A stretch of 64,000 nt of DNA, taken from the NCBI RefSeq assembly GCF_044324785.1, contig NZ_CP172127.1, one strand, 5' to 3'. The number at the start of each line of letters is the position of its first letter. The first letter of the stretch is position 1. Below are positions 46,325 to 57,579 of the stretch, one piece after another. A program made the position numbers and the translations under genes. The DNA is from Escherichia coli. Its GTDB lineage: Bacteria; Pseudomonadota; Gammaproteobacteria; Enterobacterales; Enterobacteriaceae. The notes beneath the pieces were generated by a model that saw only the letters and a program-made list of their open reading frames with translations, was not told the DNA's origin and did not search any database.

Positions 46325-47035
46325 CTACAGATTAATGATGAGGTCTACGGCCTCAAATCGCCAATATTCAATATCTATCTGGACAATATTGCCTTGCTGG
46401 TCGGCGCGATGCTTTTCAATTAAGATCGCTGGCATACCCGCAGAACCGCCAAGATACTTGCTGATATCGCCCGGCATTCTGACGGGTTTGAAAATCAATT
46501 TTTTTACTACCGTCTCTTTTTGGTAGCACTTTTCCCAGACTGCAGAAAATGAGTGGTTTTCAAGTTGTTCAATAAAACCCGGAGCAACTTCAGGATTAAT
46601 ATATGTTTCGTGATAGAAAACTTTATGTCCTTCCAGCGCCCCCCAGCCGGTGATGCGATAGAGTTCAGTTGATGGTGTCACTGCAATCAGTGGCGCGAGC
46701 GTCTCGGGAATATCGCTGGTACGGTTTTTCTCGGTAAACCCCCAGGAAGGCTCTCGTCTTTGCTCAATTGCGGCCCGCTGAAAGCTCGCTGACAGCTCCG
46801 GACTGTAATTAAATCGCGGCTGGGTCACGAACCACCCCTTACGATCCTTACGGAAGATTTTGGATTCTGCCTCGAGGTTCAACAACGCCTGGCGCAGCGT
46901 CATACGTTTAATGCCCAGCAGTTCTCCCAGCTCTCTTTCTGAAGGGAGTTTTCCACCCGGCGTGGTGATGCCATCTTTCAACCACCGATCCAGTTTCTCT
47001 TTTGCATTTTCTACGGTGGATTGATTCTCCGCCAT
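46325..47035 (-). CDS. yihL: GntR-family transcriptional regulator
   Basis: 236-aa ORF with N-terminal wHTH (LPSERELGELLGIKRMTLRQAL). Confidence 0.85.
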   Translation of the reverse strand: MAENQSTVENAKEKLDRWLKDGITTPGGKLPSERELGELLGIKRMTLRQALLNLEAESKIFRKDRKGWFVTQPRFNYSPELSASFQRAAIEQRREPSWGFTEKNRTSDIPETLAPLIAVTPSTELYRITGWGALEGHKVFYHETYINPEVAPGFIEQLENHSFSAVWEKCYQKETVVKKLIFKPVRMPGDISKYLGGSAGMPAILIEKHRADQQGNIVQIDIEYWRFEAVDLIINL

Positions 47036-47250
47036 TGTTTAATCCTTTTGGTTTAAACCAGATGAAGCATCTTACGCTTACGCCAAAAAAGAAAGCAATT
47101 AACGGTGTATGACTTTGCAGATAATTGTGACAAAGCTCTCTATTGACGTAATCACAGACTTATAAGGGAGATACTCGCATTGGTGTGCGCTCACGACAGG
47201 TAAAAAAAACCTGCCAGCGATGGCAGGTTTTTTATGACTGAAAAGCGAAA

Positions 47251-49074
47251 TTAATCGTCTTTCGGTGCGCGGTTGGCGCGACGACGATCGTTTTCCGTCA
47301 GGTGACGTTTACGAATACGGATAGAGGTCGGAGTCACTTCTACCAGTTCGTCATCATCGATGAACTCCAGAGCTTGTTCCAGAGTCATGCGGATAGGCGG
47401 AACCAGAACAACGGCTTCGTCAGTACCGGAAGCACGCATGTTGGTCAGTTTCTTACCGGTCAGGCAGTTTACAGTCAGGTCGTTAGAGCGGCTGTGAATA
47501 CCGATAATTTGACCTTCGTAAACTTCTGCACCGTGACCGAGGAACAGCTTACCGCGATCCTGCAGACCGAACAGCGCGAACGCTACCGCTTTACCCTGAC
47601 CGTTAGAGATCAGTACACCGTTCTGACGCTGACCCACTTCGCCCGGACGTACGTCGTCGTAGTGGCTGAAGGTGGAGTACAGCAGACCAGTACCGGAAGT
47701 CATGGTCATGAACTCAGAACGGAAGCCAATCAGACCACGGCTTGGGATCACGTAGTCGAGACGTACGCGGCCTTTACCGTCTGGATTCATGTTTTTCAGG
47801 TCGCCTTTACGTTCGCCCAGCGCCTGCATCACAGAACCCTGATGCTGTTCTTCAACGTCCAGCGTCACGTTTTCATACGGCTCTTGTTTACGACCGTCGA
47901 TTTCACGGAAGATTACTTTCGGACGGGATACCGCCAGTTCGAAACCTTCACGACGCATGTTTTCGATAAGAACAGACAGGTGCAGTTCGCCACGACCAGA
48001 AACGCGGAACGCATCGGCGTCTTCGGTTTCTTCTACGCGCAGCGCAACGTTGTGTACCAGTTCTTTGTTCAGACGATCCAGGATCTGACGAGACGTTACG
48101 AACTTACCTTCTTTACCGCAGAACGGCGAGGTGTTAACGCAGAAGAACATAGAAACGGTCGGCTCATCAACGGAGAGTGCCGGCAGCGCTTCAACGTTTT
48201 GCGTGTCGCAAACGGTGTCAGAAATGTTCAGTTCGCCCAGGCCCGTGATCGCCACGATATCGCCAGCTTCCGCCAGATCGGTTTCAATACGTTCCAGACC
48301 GAGGTGGCCCAGCACTTTACCGACTTTCGCGTTACGGGTTTTGCCTTCGCTATCGATGATAGTGACCTGTTGGTTCGGCTTCACTTTACCGCGCTTGATG
48401 CGGCCAATGCCGATAACGCCAACATAGCTGTTGTAATCGAGCTGAGAAATCTGCATCTGGAACGGACCGTCAAGGTCAACGTCCGGCGCAGGAACGTGGT
48501 CAACAATCGCCTGGTACAGCGGAGTCATGTCTTCCGCCATATCTTCGTGGTCCAGACCCGCGATACCGTTCAGCGCAGAAGCGTAAACGATCGGGAAGTC
48601 CAGCTGCTCGTCGGTCGCGTCGAGGTTAACGAACAGATCGAATACCTGATCCACAACCCAGTCAGGACGCGCGCCAGGGCGGTCAACTTTGTTGATAACA
48701 ACAATCGGCTTCAGGCCGTAAGCAAACGCTTTTTTGGTTACGAAGCGCGTTTGCGGCATCGGGCCGTCAAATGCGTCAACCACCAGCAGCACTGAGTCTA
48801 CCATGGACATTACACGTTCAACTTCACCACCGAAGTCGGCGTGCCCCGGGGTATCAACGATGTTGATACGGTAATCATTCCATTTGATAGCGGTGTTTTT
48901 CGCGAGGATGGTAATCCCACGCTCTTTCTCCAAATCGTTGGAGTCCATCACGCGCTCTTGGGTTTCGGCACGAGAGTCGAACGTACCGGATTGTTGGAGC
49001 AGCTTGTCTACCAGGGTGGTTTTACCATGGTCTACGTGCGCGATGATGGCGATATTACGCAATTTTTCGATCAC
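47251..49074 (-). CDS. typA: Ribosome-associated translational GTPase TypA/BipA
   Basis: 607-aa [59 protein letters not shown]..., EF-G-like G domain. Confidence 0.95.
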   Translation of the reverse strand: MIEKLRNIAIIAHVDHGKTTLVDKLLQQSGTFDSRAETQERVMDSNDLEKERGITILAKNTAIKWNDYRINIVDTPGHADFGGEVERVMSMVDSVLLVVDAFDGPMPQTRFVTKKAFAYGLKPIVVINKVDRPGARPDWVVDQVFDLFVNLDATDEQLDFPIVYASALNGIAGLDHEDMAEDMTPLYQAIVDHVPAPDVDLDGPFQMQISQLDYNSYVGVIGIGRIKRGKVKPNQQVTIIDSEGKTRNAKVGKVLGHLGLERIETDLAEAGDIVAITGLGELNISDTVCDTQNVEALPALSVDEPTVSMFFCVNTSPFCGKEGKFVTSRQILDRLNKELVHNVALRVEETEDADAFRVSGRGELHLSVLIENMRREGFELAVSRPKVIFREIDGRKQEPYENVTLDVEEQHQGSVMQALGERKGDLKNMNPDGKGRVRLDYVIPSRGLIGFRSEFMTMTSGTGLLYSTFSHYDDVRPGEVGQRQNGVLISNGQGKAVAFALFGLQDRGKLFLGHGAEVYEGQIIGIHSRSNDLTVNCLTGKKLTNMRASGTDEAVVLVPPIRMTLEQALEFIDDDELVEVTPTSIRIRKRHLTENDRRRANRAPKDD

Positions 49075-49225
49075 AACTTTGCCTCAGGCATTAGAAATAG
49101 CGCGTTATTGTACACGGATTAATCGCACTACAAAACAGGATCACAAACATCCTCCGCAAACAAGTATTGCAGAGTCCCTTTGTGATCGCTTTCACGGAGC
49201 ATAAAAAGGGTTATCCAAAGGTCAT

Positions 49226-49363
49226 TGCACCAATATGGTGCTTAATGTTTCCATTGAAGCACTATATTGGTGCAACATTCACATCATGGTGCAGCCCTTT
49301 TGCACGATGTTAAGCATGATAACGCCTTTTAGGGGCAATTTAAAAGTTGGCACAGTTTTCGCT
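49226..49363 (+). promoter_or_regulatory. glnA control region: NtrC-binding palindromes and sigma-54 promoter
   Basis: NtrC-type sites tgcaccaatatggtgct (49226..49242) and gcactatattggtgcaa (49259..49275); sigma-54 -24/-12 element TGGCACagttTTCGCT at 49348..49363. Confidence 0.8.
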
Positions 49364-49446
49364 TTATCTTTTTTACGGCGACACGGCCAAAATAATTGCA
49401 GATTTCGTTACCACGACGACCATGACCAATCCAGGAGAGTTAAAGT

Positions 49447-50856
49447 ATGTCCGCTGAACACGTACTGACGATGCTGAACGAGCACGAAGTGAAGTTTGTT
49501 GATTTGCGCTTCACCGATACCAAAGGTAAAGAACAGCACGTCACTATCCCTGCTCATCAGGTGAATGCTGAATTCTTCGAAGAAGGCAAAATGTTTGACG
49601 GCTCCTCGATTGGCGGCTGGAAAGGCATTAACGAATCCGACATGGTGCTGATGCCAGACGCATCCACCGCAGTGATTGACCCGTTCTTCGCCGATTCTAC
49701 CCTGATTATCCGTTGCGACATCCTTGAACCTGGCACCCTGCAAGGCTATGACCGTGACCCGCGCTCCATCGCGAAGCGCGCCGAAGATTACCTGCGTTCT
49801 ACTGGCATTGCCGACACCGTACTGTTCGGGCCAGAACCTGAATTCTTCCTGTTCGATGACATCCGTTTCGGATCTTCTATCTCCGGTTCCCACGTTGCTA
49901 TCGACGATATCGAAGGCGCATGGAACTCCTCCACCCAATACGAAGGTGGTAACAAAGGTCACCGTCCGGCAGTGAAAGGCGGTTACTTCCCGGTTCCGCC
50001 GGTAGACTCTGCTCAGGATATTCGTTCTGAAATGTGTCTGGTGATGGAACAGATGGGTCTGGTGGTTGAAGCCCATCACCACGAAGTAGCGACTGCTGGT
50101 CAGAACGAAGTGGCTACCCGCTTCAATACCATGACCAAAAAAGCTGACGAAATTCAGATCTACAAATACGTTGTGCACAACGTAGCGCACCGCTTCGGTA
50201 AAACCGCGACCTTTATGCCAAAACCGATGTTCGGTGATAACGGCTCCGGTATGCACTGCCACATGTCACTGTCTAAAAACGGCGTCAACCTGTTCGCGGG
50301 TGACAAATATGCAGGTCTGTCTGAACAGGCGCTGTACTACATTGGCGGCGTAATCAAACACGCTAAAGCGATTAACGCCCTGGCAAACCCGACCACCAAC
50401 TCTTACAAGCGTCTGGTGCCGGGCTACGAAGCACCGGTAATGCTGGCTTACTCTGCGCGTAACCGTTCTGCGTCTATCCGTATTCCGGTGGTTTCTTCTC
50501 CGAAAGCACGTCGTATCGAAGTACGTTTCCCGGATCCGGCGGCTAACCCGTACCTGTGCTTTGCTGCCCTGCTGATGGCCGGTCTTGATGGTATCAAGAA
50601 CAAGATCCATCCGGGCGAAGCCATGGACAAAAACCTGTATGACCTGCCGCCAGAAGAAGCGAAAGAGATCCCACAAGTTGCAGGCTCTCTGGAAGAAGCA
50701 CTGAACGAGCTGGATCTGGACCGCGAGTTCCTGAAAGCCGGTGGCGTGTTCACGGATGAAGCGATCGATGCGTACATCGCTCTGCGTCGCGAAGAAGATG
50801 ACCGCGTACGTATGACTCCGCATCCGGTAGAGTTTGAGCTGTACTACAGCGTCTAA
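49447..50856 (+). CDS. glnA: Glutamine synthetase
   Basis: 469-aa [41 protein letters not shown]... Confidence 0.97.
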
Positions 50857-50916
50857 TAGTTGAAGTTGTACTACCCGGCGCAACAACGCCGGGATTTAGT
50901 TGCCGTGGAAACTTTC

Positions 50917-50942
50917 AGCCCATCTCTGCATGGGCTTTTTTC
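50917..50942 (+). terminator. Rho-independent terminator after glnA
   Basis: Hairpin agccca-tctctgca-tgggct followed by tttttt; a second hairpin cccggcgcaacaacgccggg lies just upstream (about 50873..50893). Confidence 0.7.
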
Positions 50943-51029
50943 TCCGTCAATTCTCTGATGCTTCGCGCTTTTTATCCGTAAAAAGCTATAATGCACTAAA
51001 ATGGTGCAACCTGTTCAGGAGACTGCTTT

Positions 51030-52079
51030 ATGGCAACAGGCACGCAGCCCGATGCTGGGCAGATCCTCAACTCGCTGATTAACAGTATTTTGTTAATCGA
51101 TGACAACCTGGCGATCCATTACGCCAACCCCGCCGCGCAACAACTGCTCGCCCAAAGCTCCCGCAAATTGTTTGGTACACCGTTACCGGAACTGTTGAGC
51201 TACTTCTCATTAAATATCGAGCTGATGCAAGAAAGTCTGGAGGCGGGGCAAGGTTTTACCGATAACGAAGTGACGCTGGTCATCGACGGGCGCTCGCATA
51301 TCCTTTCTGTGACGGCCCAGCGTATGCCGGACGGCATGATCCTGCTGGAGATGGCACCGATGGATAACCAGCGCCGCTTAAGTCAGGAACAGCTACAGCA
51401 CGCCCAGCAGGTTGCTGCCCGTGATTTAGTGCGCGGCCTGGCACATGAGATTAAAAATCCGCTTGGCGGTTTACGTGGCGCGGCGCAGCTACTCAGCAAA
51501 GCATTACCTGACCCGTCACTACTGGAATATACCAAAGTGATTATCGAACAGGCGGACCGGCTGCGAAATCTGGTCGACCGTCTGTTGGGGCCGCAGCTGC
51601 CCGGTACGCGCGTTACCGAAAGTATTCACAAAGTAGCTGAACGCGTGGTAACGCTGGTGTCGATGGAACTGCCGGACAACGTGCGGTTGATTCGTGATTA
51701 CGATCCCAGCCTGCCGGAACTGGCGCACGACCCGGATCAAATTGAACAGGTCTTGCTGAATATTGTGCGCAATGCGCTACAGGCGCTGGGGCCGGAAGGC
51801 GGTGAAATCATTCTGCGTACCCGCACCGCGTTTCAACTGACCTTACACGGCGAACGCTACCGGCTGGCGGCGCGGATTGATGTGGAAGATAACGGGCCAG
51901 GCATTCCGCCTCATTTGCAGGATACGCTGTTTTATCCGATGGTCAGTGGCCGCGAAGGTGGCACCGGGCTTGGCTTATCCATCGCCCGTAATTTGATTGA
52001 TCAGCATTCAGGCAAAATTGAATTTACCAGTTGGCCAGGTCATACCGAGTTCTCGGTTTACCTGCCTATCAGGAAATAA
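51030..52079 (+). CDS. glnL: Nitrogen-regulation sensor histidine kinase NtrB
   Basis: 349-aa ORF with H-box [11 protein letters not shown] and HATPase domain. Confidence 0.95.
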
Positions 52080-52090
52080 AGGTGACGTTT

Positions 52091-53500
52091 ATGCAACGAG
52101 GGATAGTCTGGGTAGTCGATGACGATAGTTCCATCCGTTGGGTGCTTGAACGTGCGCTCGCTGGAGCGGGTTTAACCTGTACGACATTTGAGAACGGCGC
52201 GGAAGTACTGGAGGCGCTGGCGAGCAAAACGCCGGATGTGCTGCTTTCAGATATCCGTATGCCGGGAATGGACGGGCTGGCGCTGCTCAAGCAGATTAAA
52301 CAGCGCCATCCGATGCTTCCGGTCATCATTATGACCGCACATTCCGATCTGGATGCTGCCGTCAGCGCCTATCAACAAGGGGCATTTGATTATCTGCCCA
52401 AACCGTTTGATATCGACGAAGCCGTGGCGCTGGTTGAGCGCGCCATCAGTCATTACCAGGAACAGCAGCAGCCGCGTAATGTTCAGCTTAACGGCCCAAC
52501 GACCGATATCATCGGCGAAGCGCCAGCCATGCAGGACGTGTTCCGGATTATCGGTCGGCTTTCACGTTCTTCTATTAGCGTGCTGATTAACGGCGAGTCC
52601 GGCACCGGTAAAGAACTGGTCGCTCATGCCCTTCATCGCCACAGTCCGCGAGCCAAAGCGCCATTTATCGCGCTCAATATGGCGGCTATCCCGAAGGATT
52701 TGATCGAATCCGAACTGTTTGGTCACGAGAAAGGCGCGTTTACCGGCGCGAATACCATTCGTCAGGGGCGTTTTGAACAGGCTGATGGTGGCACATTATT
52801 CCTCGATGAAATTGGCGATATGCCGCTGGATGTGCAGACGCGTTTGCTGCGCGTGCTGGCAGACGGTCAGTTTTATCGCGTTGGCGGCTATGCGCCGGTG
52901 AAAGTGGATGTGCGGATTATCGCTGCCACTCACCAGAATCTTGAACAGCGGGTGCAGGAAGGTAAGTTCCGTGAGGATCTGTTCCACCGCCTGAACGTTA
53001 TCCGCGTTCATCTGCCGCCATTGCGTGAGCGTCGGGAAGATATTCCCCGCCTGGCACGCCATTTTTTACAGGTTGCCGCGCGTGAACTGGGCGTAGAAGC
53101 GAAGTTACTGCATCCGGAAACCGAAGCCGCGCTGACGCGTCTGGCGTGGCCAGGCAACGTGCGCCAGCTGGAAAACACCTGTCGCTGGCTAACGGTGATG
53201 GCCGCCGGGCAGGAAGTGTTGATTCAGGATTTGCCCGGTGAACTGTTTGAATCAACGGTTGCGGAGAGTACTTCTCAAATGCAACCGGACAGTTGGGCGA
53301 CACTTTTAGCGCAGTGGGCAGACAGAGCGCTGCGTTCCGGTCATCAAAACCTGCTTTCCGAAGCGCAGCCTGAGCTGGAGCGGACGTTACTGACGACCGC
53401 GTTGCGACATACGCAGGGGCATAAACAGGAAGCGGCGCGGCTACTCGGCTGGGGGCGTAACACTCTGACGCGGAAGTTAAAAGAGCTGGGGATGGAGTGA
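52091..53500 (+). CDS. glnG: Nitrogen-regulation response regulator NtrC (sigma-54 activator)
   Basis: ORF 52031..53500; start set at [25 protein letters not shown] (469 aa); receiver, AAA+ ([14 protein letters not shown]) and C-terminal HTH. Confidence 0.95.
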   Translation: MQRGIVWVVDDDSSIRWVLERALAGAGLTCTTFENGAEVLEALASKTPDVLLSDIRMPGMDGLALLKQIKQRHPMLPVIIMTAHSDLDAAVSAYQQGAFDYLPKPFDIDEAVALVERAISHYQEQQQPRNVQLNGPTTDIIGEAPAMQDVFRIIGRLSRSSISVLINGESGTGKELVAHALHRHSPRAKAPFIALNMAAIPKDLIESELFGHEKGAFTGANTIRQGRFEQADGGTLFLDEIGDMPLDVQTRLLRVLADGQFYRVGGYAPVKVDVRIIAATHQNLEQRVQEGKFREDLFHRLNVIRVHLPPLRERREDIPRLARHFLQVAARELGVEAKLLHPETEAALTRLAWPGNVRQLENTCRWLTVMAAGQEVLIQDLPGELFESTVAESTSQMQPDSWATLLAQWADRALRSGHQNLLSEAQPELERTLLTTALRHTQGHKQEAARLLGWGRNTLTRKLKELGME

Positions 53501-53611
53501 TTCACGGCTTGTGTGTAAAGATTGATTATTGAGCGCAAATTGCTGGTATTTTGCGCTTTACTGTTCCGATAAGTTCAGTATGATCTTGCCCGGAAAACGG
53601 GGAGAGTCATT

Positions 53612-53722
53612 ATGCTGGAATCAATAATTAATCTGGTATCGAGTGGCGCAGTTGACAGCCACACACCGCAAACTGCCGTTGCTGCCGTGCTGTGTGCCGC
53701 GATGATTGGGCTGTTTAGTTGA
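53612..53722 (+). CDS. yshB: Small 36-aa membrane protein YshB
   Basis: ATG at 53612 preceded by ggagag RBS; MLESIINLVSSGAVDSHTPQTAVAAVLCAAMIGLFS; below the ORF-track length cutoff. Confidence 0.6.
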   Translation: MLESIINLVSSGAVDSHTPQTAVAAVLCAAMIGLFS

Positions 53723-53754
53723 GTTTCAGATTGCTGATGAAGTGCTCTTTGTTC

Positions 53755-53846
53755 ATGCCGGATGCGGCGTGAACGCCTTATCCGGTCTACAAAAGCAATA
53801 TTTTCAACAGGTTTTGTAGGCCTGATAAGCGTAGCGCATCAGGCAA
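53755..53846. repeat. REP elements between glnG/yshB and hemN
   Basis: gccggatgcggcgtgaacgccttatccggtctac and gtaggcctgataagcgtagcgcatcaggc. Confidence 0.8.
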
Positions 53847-53911
53847 TCTTGTTCTCAGCACATTGATGGCGCTTTCGTTTTCTACTTTGTAAACGAAGCG
53901 CCATTCACTAT

Positions 53912-55285
53912 TTAAATCACCCGAGAGAACTGCTGCATCCGCGCTTTCTGGCGCAGATAGGTATCAAAGCACATGCAAATGTTGCGGATCAGCAAGCGAC
54001 CTTTCGCCGTCACCTGTATTCCCTTCTCATCCACATCCACCAGCCCATCTTTTGCTAACGGGGCGAGCAGCTTGAGATCTTCCGCAAAGTAATCAGCGAA
54101 GTGCAAATCCCACTGTTTCTCAATAGGGGCGTAATCCAGACGGAAGTTGCAGATGAGCGACTTAATCACATCGCGGCGAATACAGTCATCACGCGTTAGC
54201 GCAATACCACGCCACAGCGCATTGCCTTGTTCATCCACTTGCTGATAGTACTGCTTCAACTCTTTCTGGTTCTGCGCGTAGCAGTCGCCAATCATGCTGA
54301 TGGCGGAAACGCCCATCCCCAGCAGATCGGTATCGCCCTGAGTGGTGTAGCCCTGGAAGTTACGGTGCAGCACGCCTTCACGCTGGGCCACCGCCAGCTC
54401 GTCATCCGGACGGGCAAAGTGATCCATACCGATAAACTGATAGCCCGATTGCGTCAGGAAGGCGATGGTTTCCTGCAGGATATCGAGTTTTTGCTGCGGA
54501 CTCGGCAGGTCAGCATCTTTGATTTTGCGCTGAGCAGCAAAAATGGTCGGCAGATGCGCGTAGTTAAAGACACTCAGACGATCGGGGTTCAGCTCCGCCA
54601 CGCGTTTCAGGGTAAAAGCGAAACTCTCCGGCGTCTGTTTCGGCAGGCCGTAAATCAGGTCGATGTTGGTGGAGGTAAAACCAATCTCACGCGCATGGTT
54701 AAGCAGTGCAAAGATGAACTCTTCATCCTGCTCGCGGTTAACCAGACGTTGCACTTCTTTGTTGAAGTCCTGCACGCCCATGCTCAGGCGATTAAAGCCC
54801 TCGGCGCGTAAATGATCGAGTACATCCAGTTCGATTTCGCGCGGATCGACTTCGATCGAAATCTCCGCATCGGCATTGAACTGGAAGTTTTCGCGCAGCA
54901 GCTTCATCAGACGGCTGATTTGCGCTTTGTTCAGATACGTCGGCGTACCACCGCCCCAGTGCAGCTGGCTCACCTTGCGCCCGGCAAAAAGCGGTGCACG
55001 ATGGACGATTTCTTGCTCCAGCGCGTCCAGATACTGATCGGCCTTGTGCTGCTGGCGAGTAACAATCTTATTGCAACCGCAGAAGTAACAAAGCTTATGG
55101 CAGAACGGAATATGTACGTAGAGAGATAATGGACGCTCAGGATAGCGCGCCACGGCTTGTAAAAACGCCTGTTCGCCGAAGTCTTCTGAAAACTCCAGCG
55201 CGGTCGGGTACGAGGTGTATCGTGGCCCGGAATAGTTATATTTCTGGATCAGGGCCAGATCCCAGTCGATTTGCTGTACAGACAT
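53912..55285 (-). CDS. hemN: Oxygen-independent coproporphyrinogen III oxidase (radical SAM)
   Basis: ORF 53912..55291; MSVQQIDWDLALIQKYNYSGPRYTSYPTALEF...; radical-SAM CxxxCxxC (CHKLCYFCGC). Confidence 0.95.
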   Translation of the reverse strand: MSVQQIDWDLALIQKYNYSGPRYTSYPTALEFSEDFGEQAFLQAVARYPERPLSLYVHIPFCHKLCYFCGCNKIVTRQQHKADQYLDALEQEIVHRAPLFAGRKVSQLHWGGGTPTYLNKAQISRLMKLLRENFQFNADAEISIEVDPREIELDVLDHLRAEGFNRLSMGVQDFNKEVQRLVNREQDEEFIFALLNHAREIGFTSTNIDLIYGLPKQTPESFAFTLKRVAELNPDRLSVFNYAHLPTIFAAQRKIKDADLPSPQQKLDILQETIAFLTQSGYQFIGMDHFARPDDELAVAQREGVLHRNFQGYTTQGDTDLLGMGVSAISMIGDCYAQNQKELKQYYQQVDEQGNALWRGIALTRDDCIRRDVIKSLICNFRLDYAPIEKQWDLHFADYFAEDLKLLAPLAKDGLVDVDEKGIQVTAKGRLLIRNICMCFDTYLRQKARMQQFSRVI

Positions 55286-55474
55286 GCTCACTCCTTCCGA
55301 TGGCGTCTCTGGCGGCTACGGCGTACCGGCGAATGCCCGTTTCGGGTCATCAACCGGTTGCGCAGCCACTTTTGTCGCCGCGACAACCGCTGTAGTTTAA
55401 CGAATAACCACACCAGATAACATATAACCGGAAGGGTTATCAGCAGAACGGGAAGGCCCACGGCGGCAATTCCG

Positions 55475-55984
55475 TTAGTTGCCCCGCAGCAGACGCATCA
55501 TGTCTTCTTGCTTCTCGTCTTCTTCCTCTTCTTCGTCATCGTCATAAGAGAGGCCGAGTTTCTGCATCAACTCATCAATACGATCCAGTTTGGCATCCAC
55601 CCAGGATTGCTCTTCGGCACTCAGGGTTTCGCCTGCTTCCAGACGTTCCAGCAGCGCATCCAGACGCTCATCCGTTTCCAGTAATTCCAACTCCGCCTGC
55701 GGTGAAAGCATAGGTTTCTCACTCTTCGGTTTGTGCTGTTTGGTGACTTTTTCAGTCACGCCCAATGGAATAGGGGTTTTACTGCCAATACGTGGATCTT
55801 TCGGTGCGTTCTGGCCTTTGCTGCCTGACGTGGTGTTACCGCCCGCTGCGCGGCTGCCCGGCGCATGACCTCGACGTTTTTTCTGACGCTTACGGTCACG
55901 AGCTTCCTGATCCAGCTCCTCGCGTGTTTTTCGACGCGCTTTTGCATGACCTTTGCTGCGTGAGTTTGAAGATGATGGTTTCAT
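55475..55984 (-). CDS. yihI: Der GTPase-activating protein YihI
   Basis: ORF 55475..56047; start set at [23 protein letters not shown] (169 aa); basic N-terminus, acidic C-terminus. Confidence 0.88.
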   Translation of the reverse strand: MKPSSSNSRSKGHAKARRKTREELDQEARDRKRQKKRRGHAPGSRAAGGNTTSGSKGQNAPKDPRIGSKTPIPLGVTEKVTKQHKPKSEKPMLSPQAELELLETDERLDALLERLEAGETLSAEEQSWVDAKLDRIDELMQKLGLSYDDDEEEEEDEKQEDMMRLLRGN

Positions 55985-56049
55985 AATGGTTCGTCTTTTA
56001 GCCGTTTTATTCAGTATAGATTTGCGGCGGAATCTAACAGAAAGCAAGC

Positions 56050-56296
56050 AAAGAAAAAAGGCGACAGATTACTCTGTCGCCTTTTTTCCTGACTCATAAC
56101 CCTTAACGGGTCTTACAATCCTTGCAGGCCGCCAACACACCCTGTTTTTCCATTAGCCGGAACAATCCGTGTTGATTCCATTTCCGTTTAATTACGTCTC
56201 CGGACGTTTGTCTTCCTGACAATCCTCTGTCTTCGCCTCCTGGCGCTCCTGACCCTCATCCTGAGTCATTGTTCCTGTTAGCGTCCTCGCTCTATG
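56050..56296 (-). ncRNA. csrC: CsrC small RNA (CsrA-sequestering)
   Basis: Minus-strand sequence starts ATAGAGCGAGGACGCTAACAGGAACAATGACTCAGGATGAGGGTCAGGAGCGCCAGGAGGCG... with many GGA motifs and ends in terminator ggcgacagagtaatctgtcgcc + T-run; lies in the yihI-engB intergenic region; ends approximate. Confidence 0.85.
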
Positions 56297-56565
56297 GGTG
56301 CTACTTTACGCCTTTGCTTTAAACAAACAATCAACCGCCATCAGTATTTGCACATTTTCAGAGTTTTATATAAAAGCAATTAACTGATTTATATAGCTTA
56401 TTTGACATGCATCGCAGAATTTTCTCTGCTATTTCGCATAAAGACTATCGGCAATGTCTCACAAAGCGTATGGCTTTTACTTACAACGCTCACGCCGAAA
56501 AATCCGCCTTTTATTATGGTTCAGGTATAATCGCCGCAAAGCTTTGACTGACGGAGACGACCGCT

Positions 56566-57198
56566 TTGACTAATTTGAATTATCAACAGACGCATTTTGT
56601 GATGAGTGCGCCTGATATTCGCCACTTACCTTCCGATACCGGAATTGAAGTGGCTTTTGCAGGCCGTTCCAACGCAGGTAAATCCAGCGCGCTGAACACG
56701 CTGACTAACCAGAAAAGCCTGGCTCGTACCTCAAAAACCCCAGGGCGCACCCAGCTTATCAACCTGTTTGAAGTGGCTGACGGCAAGCGTCTGGTTGACC
56801 TGCCCGGCTATGGCTACGCGGAAGTCCCGGAAGAGATGAAGCGCAAATGGCAACGCGCGCTCGGCGAATACCTCGAAAAACGTCAGAGCCTGCAAGGTCT
56901 GGTGGTGCTAATGGATATTCGCCATCCGCTGAAAGATTTGGATCAACAGATGATTGAGTGGGCGGTAGACAGCAATATCGCCGTGCTGGTGCTACTGACC
57001 AAAGCGGACAAACTGGCAAGCGGCGCACGTAAAGCGCAATTGAATATGGTGCGTGAAGCGGTGCTGGCGTTTAACGGTGATGTGCAGGTTGAAACGTTCT
57101 CTTCACTGAAGAAACAAGGCGTGGACAAGCTGCGGCAGAAACTGGATACCTGGTTTAACGAGATGCAGCCTGTAGAAGAAACGCAGGACGGCGAATAA
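56566..57198 (+). CDS. engB: Ribosome-biogenesis GTP-binding protein EngB/YsxC
   Basis: 210-aa ORF from a TTG start; [46 protein letters not shown]... Confidence 0.92.
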   Translation: MTNLNYQQTHFVMSAPDIRHLPSDTGIEVAFAGRSNAGKSSALNTLTNQKSLARTSKTPGRTQLINLFEVADGKRLVDLPGYGYAEVPEEMKRKWQRALGEYLEKRQSLQGLVVLMDIRHPLKDLDQQMIEWAVDSNIAVLVLLTKADKLASGARKAQLNMVREAVLAFNGDVQVETFSSLKKQGVDKLRQKLDTWFNEMQPVEETQDGE

Positions 57199-57218
57199 TT
57201 TTCTTGCCTTAATGCTTG

Positions 57219-57300
57219 TGCCGGATGTGGCGTATCCGGCCCGTAAATTCAATAGATTACACTTCTACCGTTGGCCTGATAAACATGGCGCATCAGGCAT
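57219..57300. repeat. REP elements between engB and spf
   Basis: gccggatgtggcgtatccggc and ggcctgataaacatggcgcatcaggc palindromic units. Confidence 0.75.
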
Positions 57301-57323
57301 TACGGATCTTTTCTTTCGCCCAA

Positions 57324-57432
57324 TAAAAAACGCCCCAGTCATTACTGACTGGGGCGGCTAAAATATTCAGCCAAATCCGATTACGTGAAGTAAAAGGTCT
57401 GAAAGATAGAACATCTTACCTCTGTACCCTAC
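57324..57432 (-). ncRNA. spf: Spot 42 small RNA
   Basis: Minus strand reads GTAGGGTACAGAGGTAAGATGTTCTATCTTTCAGACCTTTTACTTCACGTAATCGGATTTGGCTGAATATTTTAGCCGCCCCAGTCAGTAATGACTGGGGCGTTTTTTA (109 nt), including its intrinsic terminator. Confidence 0.95.
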
Positions 57433-57579
57433 GCGACTAACTTTACTCTTTTTTGTTCAGTTCAGAAAGCACTTTTTGTAATTTTTTTTCAGTTGTTGCA
57501 TAGGAATTTCTAATAGCCATCACAAAACGTGACAGCTTATGTTGCTTACTTACGAAAAAAGGGCATGTTCAGGTGAATC

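Noticed and set aside
47302-48795. 497-aa plus-strand ORF
   Set aside because: Entirely antisense to typA/bipA; low-complexity, Arg/Val/Phe-rich product typical of shadow ORFs in GC-rich genes.
49408-50262. 284-aa minus-strand ORF
   Set aside because: Antisense to glnA.
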